Shown piece by piece: positions 44,558 to 55,022 of a DNA stretch of 64,000 bases. The stretch covers positions 832,001 to 896,000 of the forward strand of contig CAWJPJ010000008.1 of NCBI GenBank assembly GCA_963844715.1. Direction: 5' to 3'. The position numbers and the translations under genes are program-made. The notes beneath the pieces were generated by a model. The model saw only the letters and a list, made by a program, of their open reading frames with translations. It ran no database searches and was not told the DNA's origin. Every line of letters starts with the position of its first letter. Position 1 is the stretch's first letter. Source of the DNA: an uncultured Phycisphaerales bacterium. GTDB taxonomy: Bacteria; Planctomycetota; Phycisphaerae; Tepidisphaerales; Tepidisphaeraceae.

Positions 44558-45601
44558 ATGAAAGCGCAAAGGAAACTCGCAGATGGAATAGCGCAGTTAA
44601 GGCTCGCTGCTCGATGCTTACACGCTGGCGATGAAAGTGGTGGAAACATCGCCAAAAAGTTTCAGCAATTGGGGGTCAAAGACACGGCCGAAAATCGCAT
44701 CGCTTATCGGGGCGCGATGTTTACCACCCCCGGTTACGGTAAGGTGATCGGCGGCACAATCCTCTTCGACGAGACTTTTCGACAAACCTATGAGGGCCGC
44801 TCCGTTACTGATATCTTAAAACGCCAGGACGTCGTCATCGGCGTCAAAGTGGACTCTGGTTTGCAGTCCTTTGGTGGTTCAAAGATCGAACAGGTCGGAA
44901 AGAATGAGTTGAGTGCGCTCCCAAAGCGTATGGAAGAGTACGCCACGAAGGAAGTTCAATTCACCAAATTTAGGGTTGTCGCGAATATCGGGCGCGAGAA
45001 TGGGAAAACTCTTCCCAGTGATGAATGTCTGACAGCTAACGCCGCATTGTTAGCAGAGTACGCTGAAATCTGCCACCGCGTCGACATCGTGCCAATTGTC
45101 GAGCCTGAAGTACCGATGGAGGGTTCGCATTCTTTGGAGGACTGCCGTCAAGCGACTGTGCGTTTTCTGAAGGCGACTTTCGCCGCTTTGAGGAAAAGGC
45201 AGATTGTTCTACCGGGAGTTATTCTAAAGACCAGTATGGTCCTTCCTGGCACCGAAGGACCGAAGGCCAACGAGGCTGACTGCATTAGAGAAACGATGTC
45301 GACTCTGGCAACGACCGTGCCGCCGGATATCGGCGCAGTGGTATTTCTATCAGGTGGCCAAGCAACTGAAGATGCGATGAGACGATTGGAAGGGATGCGC
45401 AACGCCGCCGCACAGACCGGTTTAGCCTTCACCGTGAGTTCGTCCTTCAGCCGCGCCCTGCAGGGCCCCGCCTTAGAAGAATTCGGCGCTGCGGTCCGAG
45501 ACCATGGGAACGCCGCCGAAATCAAGAGGCGGACGCAATCAAAATTCGCAGAAACTCTGAAACTTAATGGAATGGCACTAAATAATTCAGTTAGGCATTG
45601 A
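44558..45601 (+). CDS. class I fructose-bisphosphate aldolase (divergent)
   Basis: DES, ILFDET, GVKVDSG, VPIVEPEV, ILKTSMV (Schiff-base Lys), FLSGGQ, FSRALQ. Confidence 0.88.
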   Translation: MKAQRKLADGIAQLRLAARCLHAGDESGGNIAKKFQQLGVKDTAENRIAYRGAMFTTPGYGKVIGGTILFDETFRQTYEGRSVTDILKRQDVVIGVKVDSGLQSFGGSKIEQVGKNELSALPKRMEEYATKEVQFTKFRVVANIGRENGKTLPSDECLTANAALLAEYAEICHRVDIVPIVEPEVPMEGSHSLEDCRQATVRFLKATFAALRKRQIVLPGVILKTSMVLPGTEGPKANEADCIRETMSTLATTVPPDIGAVVFLSGGQATEDAMRRLEGMRNAAAQTGLAFTVSSSFSRALQGPALEEFGAAVRDHGNAAEIKRRTQSKFAETLKLNGMALNNSVRH

Positions 45602-46178
45602 GGGGATTCGAATTCAAAGGGCTCATTCCCGTGGTCCAAGACCACCGAAGCCAACAAAAGCTAGACAATCGTATGCCGCCGACTTGATGACGAAGTTCGT
45701 CGCTTCTCGAATCGTCCTCAGGATTCGATGGTGTGTGACCGGTGCGTCAATCGCGTCCCACCCCAAGTAAGGCCGTTAGCGCAATGAATCCGTCGCAGAT
45801 TATGGATTTCAATAGGGATCGTCGGATCCGTCTGAATTGCTTAGTGTTGGGAATAGACATCCCGCCAGCCAGGATCAAAGGCGCCGTCGAGGCCGTTTGA
45901 GCGTGCGCAATGTCGCTAGACTCCGCGGCCGCAAAAAACTCTTGTTGTATGGTCAGGTTATCCACCAAATTGTGCACCACGATCGACCTTTTTCCGTAAG
46001 CACTTGCGCCAATCGGAGAAAAAGCAGGCCAAAATCTTTCGAAAATATGGGGGTTTGGCTTGATTCGGGGTATCGTAGCGCCTCACGGAACCTCGCGCTT
46101 CCTTCGAGATCGGGCGTTTCGGCCTCCGATTGAATCGGATTGCCGCAACAAATGGCCCCTTTTAGACAGGAGTTTGCC

Positions 46179-47474
46179 ATGAGCGAGATTAATACAATGC
46201 AACCAGCCGCCGAGCAGGCGGCTCACAAGAATACGCTTCGCCCAATCCATCTGAGTGTTCCGGAACAGCCGGCTGACAAGACCGCCATCCGTCCGTTTCG
46301 CGTGACTTTTCCAGAAGCGGAACTCACCGAATTGCGCAGGCGCATCAACGCGACAAGGTGGCCCGACCGTGAAACGGTCACGGATCAATCGGAAGGCCCC
46401 CAACTCGCGACCCTGCAGAAACTCGCGCGCTATTGGGAGAAAGAGTACGACTGGCGCAAGGTCGAGGCCAGACTGAACGCCCTGCCGAATTTCATTACCG
46501 AGATCGACGGTCTCGACATTCACTTCATTCACGTTCGTTCGAAACATAAGAACGCGTTGCCCCTCATCGTCACGCACGGATGGCCCGGCTCGATCATCGA
46601 GCAGATGAAGATCATCGATCCACTGACCAATCCCACGGCTCACGGCGCGAGCGCATCGGACGCTTTCGATTTGGTCATTCCGTCGCTCCCGGGCTACGGG
46701 TTTTCAGGCAAACCGACCACGACCGGCTGGGATCCCGTCCACATTGCTCGTGCCTGGGTGGTGCTGATGAAGCGCCTCGGGTACACGAAATTCGTGGCGC
46801 AAGGCGGCGATTGGGGCGCGATTATCACGGACGTGATGGGCACACAGGGGCATCCGGAACTGCTTGGCATTCACTCCAATATGCCAGGCATCTTTTCACC
46901 CGAAATTGACAAGGCTGCCCGCGAGGGCGCTCCGACGCCGGCGGATCTCTCCGCTGACGAGAGACTCGCGTACGAGCGGGTGGCTTCGGTATATGCGAAG
47001 GGCATCGGTTACGGATATCAGATGGGGTTGCGCCCACAGGCCCTGTACGGGATCGCAGATTCTCCCGTCGGCATAGCCGGTTATTTTCTTGATCACGACG
47101 CGCGTAGCTTGGCAATGATCTCTCGTGCGTTTGACGGGCAGCCCGAAGGCCTTACACGAGATGATGTCCTGGACAACGTCACGCTTACCTGGTTGACGAA
47201 CAGCTTCGTTTCCGGGGCGCGCCTCTATTGGGAAGACTTCGCTTCACAAGTTTCGTTCTTCGGTGTCAAAGGCGTCTCCATCCCGGTTGCCGTGAGCGTC
47301 TTTCCCGACGAACTCTATCCAGCTCCACGGAGTTGGACCGAGAAGGCGTATCCCAAACTGATCCATTACAACCGGTTACCAAAGGGCGGACACTTCGCCG
47401 CTTGGGAGCAACCGCAACTTTTTTCAGAGGAAGTTCGCGCGGGCTTCAGATCGCTGCGGGAGGGTTCGTCATAG
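46179..47474 (+). CDS. epoxide hydrolase (EHN plus alpha/beta hydrolase)
   Basis: HGWPGS, QGGDWG, GGHFAAWEQP. Confidence 0.95.
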   Translation: MSEINTMQPAAEQAAHKNTLRPIHLSVPEQPADKTAIRPFRVTFPEAELTELRRRINATRWPDRETVTDQSEGPQLATLQKLARYWEKEYDWRKVEARLNALPNFITEIDGLDIHFIHVRSKHKNALPLIVTHGWPGSIIEQMKIIDPLTNPTAHGASASDAFDLVIPSLPGYGFSGKPTTTGWDPVHIARAWVVLMKRLGYTKFVAQGGDWGAIITDVMGTQGHPELLGIHSNMPGIFSPEIDKAAREGAPTPADLSADERLAYERVASVYAKGIGYGYQMGLRPQALYGIADSPVGIAGYFLDHDARSLAMISRAFDGQPEGLTRDDVLDNVTLTWLTNSFVSGARLYWEDFASQVSFFGVKGVSIPVAVSVFPDELYPAPRSWTEKAYPKLIHYNRLPKGGHFAAWEQPQLFSEEVRAGFRSLREGSS

Positions 47475-47625
47475 GAGCGACTTGGAATTGAACTTCGGCC
47501 GGTACCTCCCTGCGCTCGGGCGGACGGACGACCATGACACGGGTACGCAGCCCGGCTGATTCTCGCCCTCGGCGTTGCCTTTTGGCGCAACGTGGAATCA
47601 CTGTCCAGGGATTTTGAAGGTCAAC

Positions 47626-48834
47626 ATGTCATCCGCTTTCCGCTTCCAGGACATCTTCGTGCGAGGGGTCCAAGACCCTTATCCTTTTTATCACTGGCTT
47701 CGCACCGAGACGCCTGTCTACTGGAACGCCGAGATCGTACCGGCCTGGTTCATCTCCCGCTACGATGATGTGGTGGCCATCACCGAGAATGATCGGCGGT
47801 TCGGCAGCCGGGGAGGGATTGAATCAGCCGTCCAACAGGAGCGGGACGGTTGTTTCTGGCACACCCAAGCCGCGGGGGTCCTCTTCACCGACGGGGCAGC
47901 CCACAGCCGAGCGCGTGGCCTGTTGGATCAGTCGTGGCCCTCCCAGCACATCGCACAGATGCGTGGCCGCATTCTGGAACTCGCAAATAGCCTCCTCGAT
48001 CGGGTCCGGGGGGCCGGGACGATGGAAATCGTAACCGAATTTGCCGAACCCCTCTCTTATACTGTCTTCAGGGAGTTCCTGGGGGCTGCCGATCTGGATT
48101 TGCCCACGCTCATTCGATGGGCCATCGCCATTCATGCCGCCTACGACCCCCTCGGAGGGCCTGAAGAAGCCGCAAGCGCCCAGCAAGTCTGCCGCGAGGT
48201 GTCGACCTACTTCCGCGACTTGATCGGCCGGCGCCGCAAGAGTCCGAGAACCGACTTCCTGAGCTGCATGGTCGCAGCCGAGCGCGGCGGCACTCCGTTC
48301 ACCGACGAAGAGATTCTCGGCAACCTGATTCAGATCATAGCCGGTCCGGACTCCCTGATGATGCTGATCAGCAACGCGGTGCTCGCCCTGCTTCGCCACC
48401 CCGACCAACTCGCCTTGCTGAAGAAGGACCCCGCGTTGATTGGGGGTGCCGTCGAGGAGTGCTTGCGGTACGACTCTCTGATCCTGGGGTTCCCACGCGT
48501 GGCGACGGAAGACGTCAACGTGCGCGGCCAGTTGATCCGCAAAGGCCAGCACGTGTTTCCTCTTTTGCGGTCCGCCAACCGCGACCCGGTCCGATTCCCG
48601 GACCCCGACCGCCTGGACATTACGCGCCAGGACCTCGGGCAGTTATCCTTTGGCCACGGCGTCCACTACTGCCTCGGCGCGCCTCTGGCTCGACTGCTGG
48701 CGCAGATCGGCATCGGTACGCTGGTGCAACGATTGTCCGGGCTCCAACTCGCCGCCGATACGCTGGAATATCGCAAGCATTTCAACTTCCGTGCCCTGCT
48801 GGCCCTGCCGATCAGTTTCCAGCCTGCGTCGTAA
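47626..48834 (+). CDS. cytochrome P450
   Basis: EECLR (ExxR), ANRDP, FGHGVHYCLG heme motif. Confidence 0.95.
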   Translation: MSSAFRFQDIFVRGVQDPYPFYHWLRTETPVYWNAEIVPAWFISRYDDVVAITENDRRFGSRGGIESAVQQERDGCFWHTQAAGVLFTDGAAHSRARGLLDQSWPSQHIAQMRGRILELANSLLDRVRGAGTMEIVTEFAEPLSYTVFREFLGAADLDLPTLIRWAIAIHAAYDPLGGPEEAASAQQVCREVSTYFRDLIGRRRKSPRTDFLSCMVAAERGGTPFTDEEILGNLIQIIAGPDSLMMLISNAVLALLRHPDQLALLKKDPALIGGAVEECLRYDSLILGFPRVATEDVNVRGQLIRKGQHVFPLLRSANRDPVRFPDPDRLDITRQDLGQLSFGHGVHYCLGAPLARLLAQIGIGTLVQRLSGLQLAADTLEYRKHFNFRALLALPISFQPAS

Positions 48835-48902
48835 TCGTTCTCGGGAGACCGACCTTCGTGCATTGAGGACAGCCATGATCGATCACATGCGACGTGACGC
48901 CA

Positions 48903-49090
48903 CATTACAACCGGCCACTTTGCGGCCTGGGAACAGCCGCAACTTCTTTCAGAAGATGTTCGTGCGGGCTTCAGATCGTTACGGTAGGTTTCTTCACAAG
49001 AGAGCGGGAAAAGAACGAGCTTGCGTTCCCAGTGTTAAGCGACATCGGCAACACGCTTGCTCGCAAGTTTGGAATTGTGTTTGAGCTGGT
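48903..49090 (+). pseudogene. fragments: second epoxide hydrolase C-terminus plus an AhpC/TSA-like piece
   Basis: HYNR/HFAAWEQPQLLSEDVRAGFRSLR* then EKNELAFPVLSDIGNTLARKFGIVF. Confidence 0.7.
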
Positions 49091-49129
49091 GGTGACGACC
49101 TCGAAACTAAAAAACTCATGGAAGGAAGT

Positions 49130-50676
49130 ATGAAAACATCAACCTCAACGGAAGAATACGATCTGCTCGTGCTGGGCAGCGGTGGTGGCGGCAAAGTTCT
49201 TGCCGGGGCCTTCGCACAAAAGGGACAACGCGCGGTTGTGGTCGAGCGCAAATGGGTGGGCGGTTCGTGCCCGAACATCGCGTGCCTGCCCAGCAAGAAC
49301 ATCATCCACAGCGCCAAGGTTGCTTCGTTCTTTTATCGCAGCAACGAATTCGGCATCAGCAAAGAGAATGTTCACATCAACATGGCAGCCGTGCGTGACC
49401 GCAAGCGCAAGATGGTGAGGAACGTTGTCGACATTTTTCGCGACACCTTCTACACGAAGACCGGCGCGGAACTGGTGATGGGCACAGGACGCTTCGTTGG
49501 CCCGAAAACCATCGAAGTTGCCTTGAACGACGGCGGGACACGCACATTCCGCGGCAAAACTGTAGTCATCAACACCGGCTCGCGCGCCACGATTGAGCCA
49601 ATTCCGGGATTGGCCGAGGCGAATCCGCTGACCCACATCGAGGCCCTGGAACTGGATCACATCCCCGAAACATCTCCTGGTTCTGGGCGCTGGTTATGTC
49701 GGACTCGAACTTGCCCAGGCCTTCCGCCGTTTCGGCGCCGAGGTCACGCTGATCGACCGCAACGGCCGCCTCGCCCACCACGAAGACGAAGATACCTCGC
49801 AGGGACTGGAAGAAATGTGCCGGGATGAAGGCATCACCGTCGTGACGAATGCAAAAATAACCCGCGTCGAGGGCAACTCCGGCGAGTGGATCAGGCTCCT
49901 CGGCTCGGCGCGACGGAACCGAACTTTCCCTGGAAGGCACGCACCTGCTGGTGGCCGGAGGACGTACGCCAAATACGAGCGGCATCGGCCTGGAAAAGGC
50001 GGGAGTGGAGACGACCGACGCGCGGCTATGTGAAGGTGAACGAGCGTTTGCAGACGACCGCCGAGGGTGTTTGGGCCATCGGAGATTGCGCCGGAAGCCC
50101 ACATTTCACACATATCTCATTCGATGATTTCAAGGTTGTGAGTGAAAACATGGCCGGTGGCAATCGCGTGACGACCGGCCGCCAGGTTCCGTTCTGCATG
50201 TTCACCGACCCGGAGTTGGCCCGTATCGGACTCAGCGAAACGGAGGCGAAACAGCGCGGCATCCCTTATCGCGTTGCCAAGTTGCCCATGGCTGCCGTCC
50301 TTCGCACGATGACGATTTCTGAAACGCGCGGATTTATGAAGGCGTTGATCGAGACGGAAAGCGACCGCATCCTCGGATTCACCATGTTTGGCGCCGGCGC
50401 TGGAGACGCTCATGGCAGCCGTGCAGATGGCGATGCTTGCCGGATTGCCGTACACCGCGGTACGCGACGCGGTCATCGCTCATCCCACCATGCCGGAAGG
50501 GCTTGAGATCGCTCTTTGGTAACGTCCCTCCCATCTCCGCGCATCTGCCAAACGTACGAGGTAATGCCGAAGGCTCGTCACCAGAGATACGGATTAAACA
50601 CGGCCGCTTTGGAACAAGTTGGAATAGGGCGCAGGGCAGTACCGCATTCGTCAATTTCGTAGGACGGTCATCATAG
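49130..50676 (+). CDS. pyridine nucleotide-disulfide oxidoreductase (MerA-like/RclA-type), frameshifted; 3' end uncertain
   Basis: GSGGGG, GGSCPNIACLPSK, WAIGDC, FTDPELARIG, HPT. Confidence 0.85.
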
Positions 50677-50704
50677 TTGATGGGCCAGTCATCAAGGAGA
50701 AATC

Positions 50705-51487
50705 ATGAAACTCACAGGCAAGAAGGCTCTCATCACCGGCGGAAACAGCGGCATCGGCCTGGCCACTGCCCGCCTTTTTGTTGCAGAAGGCGCCGAAGTC
50801 GCGATTACCGGCCGGGACCAGAAGACGCTGGATGAAGCAGTCGCCGAACTGGGACCCAACGCGCGCGGCTATCGCGCCGACGTTACCCTGGCGGACGACC
50901 GGAAGCGGCTCTTCGCGGATCTTGCCAAGGATTTCGGCAAGCTGGACATCGTCTTCGCCAATGCCGGCATCTCCGGCCAGACCCCTACCGGCTCGACCGA
51001 CGAGGCGATTTTTGAGAATGTCATTCGTACCAACCTCAATGCCGCTTTTTTTACGGTGAATTCAGCTGCCCCTTTGCTGAACGACAACGGCAGCATCATC
51101 TTTAACGGATCGGTACACAACCATCTGGGCCAGGCCGGTGTGGCCGCATATGCGGCCACGAAGGGCGGCGTTGTCTCCATGGCGCGTTCTATCGCCGCCG
51201 ATCTTGCACCGCGCAACATTCGTGTGAACGTCGTGGCGCCAGGGGCGACGAAGACTCCTATTTGGAATCGCGGGCCACGCGCTTCTATATCTGAAGATGA
51301 ATCCACCAAGCTGGCCAAAGCCATATCGTCCAGGATTCCACTGGGCCGCTGGGGTGAGCCGGAAGAGCTTGCCAAAGCCGTGCTTTTCCTTGCCTCAGAT
51401 GACTCCTCCTACATCAACGCCATCGAGCTGATGGTCGATGGAGGCGCGACGGGCGCACCGTGGGGAGCCCCCATTTTTCACGAATAA
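50705..51487 (+). CDS. short-chain dehydrogenase/reductase
   Basis: TGGNSGIG, NAG, YAATK, VDGG. Confidence 0.95.
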   Translation: MKLTGKKALITGGNSGIGLATARLFVAEGAEVAITGRDQKTLDEAVAELGPNARGYRADVTLADDRKRLFADLAKDFGKLDIVFANAGISGQTPTGSTDEAIFENVIRTNLNAAFFTVNSAAPLLNDNGSIIFNGSVHNHLGQAGVAAYAATKGGVVSMARSIAADLAPRNIRVNVVAPGATKTPIWNRGPRASISEDESTKLAKAISSRIPLGRWGEPEELAKAVLFLASDDSSYINAIELMVDGGATGAPWGAPIFHE

Positions 51488-51629
51488 CCTCGGAGCCCGT
51501 TCCGTTTTCGTGCAACAACAACCTCCGCACGCCTGAAACCGGAAACGGGACAGGTTCCCCTTTCCGAAGGGCTCATTCGGCTCCTCCTGGGGATTCCAGC
51601 GAAGGCACAAGCTGCCGACCGAGTGGGTT

Positions 51630-52144
51630 ATGAAACGTCGCCTTTGTCTTCGTGACGAGCTGTTGCTTGCGGTGCTTCCAACCGTAACCGTGCTATTGGT
51701 GCTTGGATTGGTCAAAGCACTAAGCACGCAACATCTGCTTTGTGCAACCCTCGCATCGACGCGATGCTTATCTACCTGGACCCAAGGCATAAGACAAACA
51801 CAGTTCGTACGCTCGTCCTGGCACAGATGACGGCGGCACTTGTGGGATGGGCGTTGTGCTGGCTGTTTGGTCCTGGATACCTGGCGGCTGGCACGTCAAT
51901 GACGGTAACGATCCTGCTAATGATCGTGTTCGACGCCGTTCACCCGCCAGCCGCTTCCACCGCCTTGGCGTTTCCCCTTCGGCTGGGAGGGAACAATAGT
52001 CTGATGATCTTCGGCTTAGCCGTCGGAATTACCGCCGTGCTCATTTTGTTGCAGCGAGCCGCCCTCTGGTTCCTTAACAGATGCTCTGCAGCAAACAAGT
52101 CGCTATCCCGGGCGTTCGATCTCTCCCATCGTTACGCTCAGTAG
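51630..52144 (+). CDS. HPP-family membrane protein (frameshift near 51755)
   Basis: HPPAASTAL motif, multi-TM. Confidence 0.75.
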
Positions 52145-52245
52145 CCGTGGCGGGGACAACGGGTTTTTGAGATCGACTATCCGCAGACACATCCGCCTCT
52201 ACTGTGAATTCTTCGTCGGGCAGTTACCCCGGAGATTGACCTGAA

Positions 52246-52269
52246 TTCTTGCCCCATTTCTTGCCCCAT
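52246..52269 (+). repeat. 12-bp tandem repeat, candidate integrase arm sites of ICE1
   Basis: TTCTTGCCCCAT x2, ~120 bp inside the att. Confidence 0.6.
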
Positions 52270-52388
52270 ACGAATTGAAAAACATGGCAAATATGCGTAC
52301 CATGGAGCATCGAGAGCAGTGGACGTAAACCGCTGCTGTCGCTGCAAATAACGGCGGCATCTGGAACTTACGGTTTTGAGCGAATTAC

Positions 52389-52432
52389 GCTCATAACCCG
52401 GAGGTCGGAGGTTCGAATCCTCCCCCCGCTAC
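52389..52432 (+). repeat. att site: 3' half of a tRNA-Met(CAT, probably initiator) gene
   Basis: GCTCATAACCCGGAGGTCGGAGGTTCGAATCCTCCCCCCGCTAC; no matching 5' half upstream. Confidence 0.88.
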
Positions 52433-52443
52433 TGCCGATGGAT

Positions 52444-52476
52444 AAGGGACTTGCGACATCGCGAGTCCCTTTTTCT
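52444..52476 (+). terminator. intrinsic terminator after the att/tRNA 3' end
   Basis: AAGGGACT..AGTCCCTT plus T-tract. Confidence 0.65.
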
Positions 52477-52590
52477 TTGCCTGTTTTCGGCCCGGTGTAC
52501 ACAAAACTGTACACAGGCTTGACAGGAAACATGGTAAGGTAAAGTGACTCGCCAGAAGGATAACTCTTGCCGCCTACGGCAAAGGGCATC

Positions 52591-53784
52591 ATGGCGAGCC
52601 TCATTCAGCGTCCCAATTCTCCGATCTATTACATCCAGTACATGGCTGGCGACCGCGCTCGCCGCGTCTCCACCGGCACAGAACTGCTTCAGGTGGCCAA
52701 GGAAAAGCTCCGGCAGTTCGAATCGGCCCAAGCGCGGGGAGCAGAACTCCCCTTGGCCTCCAAGACCCCGATAGCCGATGTAGTCGGTGCCTACGTCTCC
52801 CACATCCGATCGGTCAAAACCGCCAAATCCGCTCAGACGGACATCTATTATTTACGCGACCTGTTCGGTCCTATCTGCGACGAACTCAAAATCACCAGCC
52901 GGAAACTCACGGCCAAGAAACGCCCGAAGAAAGATGGCGACGACCGCCGCCGCAAATCTTCCGTTCTGGACGCTCGACATTTGGAACAGGTGACCACGGC
53001 CCAAATCTCGTCTTTCGTCAGCACTCAGGTCCAGAGCCGCGGGCTGGCACCCAAGACCGCCAACCGCTATCGCGAGATTCTCTCTACTCTCTTCAATTGG
53101 GCGATGACCCAGCGCGGCGTGCGTATGCCCGGCGACAAGAACCCGGCCGCAACCGTCTTACGCTATAAGGAGCAGGCGCCGGAGATCCGCTTCCTGACGC
53201 TCAAGCAAATCGACGAGCAGTTGGAATCGCTGGCTGAAAGCATCCAGATGCAGGCGATGGCGGCGGTCCTGATCTACGGCGGCTTTCGACGCGAGGAAAT
53301 TCTTTGGCTGACTCACGACGACCTTGATTTGTCGGTTAAGACGTTCGGCGTGATTCGTATTCGCGCGAAAACCGTCGAGAGCGAATCGTGGGAGCCCAAA
53401 ACGAAAAAGAACCGCGCGGTCCCTGTCAGTTCTCGGCTCCGCTTCTACTTAGATAAGTGGCAACTCAAGTCCGAGCGCAACAAATGCCCTTGGCTTTTTC
53501 CGAGTCCCCAAGGCAAGCGGTGGGACCCGGACAATTTTTCTGCCGATCTTCGCGCGGCCAATGAGAAAGTAAAATTGAGTTGGGGTTGCCTGGACTTCCG
53601 GCACACGTTCGGAAGTCAGTTGGCGATGAAGGGCGAGAGCTTGTACAAAATCAGTCAGTTGATGGGCAACTCACCCGAGATTTGTCGCCGGCATTATGCG
53701 GCGCTATTGCCTGAATCGTTGGTAAATTCGGTGGAGTTCGCGGTTCAAGCTTCTTCGACCGAAGTTTGCGCTGCCACGGCTTGA
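52591..53784 (+). CDS. tyrosine integrase
   Basis: GFRREEI, PKTKK, DFRHTFGS, MGNS..RRHY; adjacent to att. Confidence 0.9.
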   Translation: MASLIQRPNSPIYYIQYMAGDRARRVSTGTELLQVAKEKLRQFESAQARGAELPLASKTPIADVVGAYVSHIRSVKTAKSAQTDIYYLRDLFGPICDELKITSRKLTAKKRPKKDGDDRRRKSSVLDARHLEQVTTAQISSFVSTQVQSRGLAPKTANRYREILSTLFNWAMTQRGVRMPGDKNPAATVLRYKEQAPEIRFLTLKQIDEQLESLAESIQMQAMAAVLIYGGFRREEILWLTHDDLDLSVKTFGVIRIRAKTVESESWEPKTKKNRAVPVSSRLRFYLDKWQLKSERNKCPWLFPSPQGKRWDPDNFSADLRAANEKVKLSWGCLDFRHTFGSQLAMKGESLYKISQLMGNSPEICRRHYAALLPESLVNSVEFAVQASSTEVCAATA

Positions 53785-53807
53785 AGATCGCTGAAATACG
53801 TGACAAG

Positions 53808-53849
53808 ACCGCTCCGGCAACTTTGCGTCGCCGGAGCGGTTTTGTTTTC
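53808..53849 (+). terminator. intrinsic terminator after the integrase
   Basis: ACCGCTCCGGC..GCCGGAGCGGT plus T-tract. Confidence 0.7.
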
Positions 53850-53874
53850 TGCCGACGCTGGGGGTCCGTTCAGT

Positions 53875-54495
53875 CGTCAAGCCGTGCTGAAAGATGCCTC
53901 AGCCCGCAGGCGGATTCTGGCGATTGTTCTGCATGAAAAGGTGCGCAGCGAAGCGCTGGCCATCCGGCATGACGCCAACGGCAGCACGGTTCTCCTCTGT
54001 TGCTTTGCCTCGGCCGACACGGTGACGCAGCAGCGGACAAGTCAGATGACCGGCGAGGTCGTTGAATACCGCGCCAGCTACAGCCGACCGCAGACGGTTG
54101 TCGGCGTGGGCCGGCGCAACATCAGCCACAGCGAGCAGGTCAGGCCGCTTTTGTATCCAGGGCAAATCCGCACGCTGCCCAATGACCAGCAGTTGATATT
54201 CGTCACCGGCTTCAAGCCCTTCCGCACCCAGAAGCTACGGTATTACGAGCACGCAGCCCCGGCTCAGCGCATCATCGCGCCCCCGGATTCTTTAGATACC
54301 CTGCCGCAACTTAAGAGCGCTGCCGCCGGCAATAACGATTGGCGCGATCAGCGCCCCAAAGGATCGCCCTTGCCTCTGCCGCCGGACCTGCGGATTGGCG
54401 GAGGGGAGGATGAGATACCGGCGATGGCGCCCCAGCGCACCTCCATTGACAATCCACCAGAGGATCAGGGCAGGAGAATCGGAGGGTTTTACTGA
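53875..54495 (+). pseudogene. parB internal fragment fused to the traG 3' end
   Basis: LHEKVRSEALAIRHDANG (matches ICE1 ParB) joined to FASADTVT..SHSEQVRPLL..VTGFKP (matches ICE1 TraG). Confidence 0.88.
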
Positions 54496-55022
54496 TGAAA
54501 ACAAAGAACAAGGTTCTGGTCTCCGGCACGATCGATCCGGAGGTTTTTGAGTCCTTAACCCGCTACTGCCAGGCGCATCCGAACCGATCCCGCTCGCAGG
54601 TGATGAGTCTGGCGCTCAGCCAATTCTTCAGCCCCGAGCAGCAGGACCAGCGCCAGCGCGTGGTGGCCCAGAACCTGGACCGCCTTTACTGGCACGTTCA
54701 CAACCACTCCAAGCGGATGAGTCAGGAGTTGCGCGTGATTCGGGAAATGCTGGCGCTGTTTGTCCGCACGTTTTACAATCACATGCCCGATGTTCCGGAA
54801 GAGCATCGTGAAGCCGCCGCGGCGGATGGCCAACTCCGCTTTGCCCACTTTCTAGAGATTTTGGCGGAACATGCCGGATCAGGGCCTTCGGCCCTGGAAC
54901 TGATGCCGGAACCTGGGATCGCGGCACCAGAGGATCCGCCCGGCGGGGATGAGCTTCCACCCGAGCTCGACGAACTTCAAATAGGCGGGAAGAAAGAGGA
55001 ATCCGATGACCGCGACAAATAA
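54495..55022 (+). CDS. CopG/RHH protein, paralog of 16736-17329
   Basis: Same position and ELRVIREML..FVRTFYNH motif. Confidence 0.75.
   Translation: MKTKNKVLVSGTIDPEVFESLTRYCQAHPNRSRSQVMSLALSQFFSPEQQDQRQRVVAQNLDRLYWHVHNHSKRMSQELRVIREMLALFVRTFYNHMPDVPEEHREAAAADGQLRFAHFLEILAEHAGSGPSALELMPEPGIAAPEDPPGGDELPPELDELQIGGKKEESDDRDK

Larger units (their letters stand above)
1..52432. mobile_element. ICE1: P-type (Trb) Tn4371-like integrative conjugative element; left end and integrase lie outside the window
   Basis: Contains relaxase, VirD4, trbB and trbC-I, parB and ssb; ends at a duplicated tRNA-Met 3' fragment preceded by tandem arm-like repeats. Confidence 0.8.

Noticed and set aside
45747..45980. 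77-aa minus-strand ORF
   Set aside because: No recognisable motif and weak start signals
49130..50676. True mercuric reductase MerA
   Set aside because: No C-terminal Cys-Cys pair, no N-terminal HMA domain and no mer genes nearby
52355..52435. Intact tRNA-Met gene
   Set aside because: Only the anticodon loop to 3' end is present; the upstream sequence cannot form an acceptor stem or D-arm
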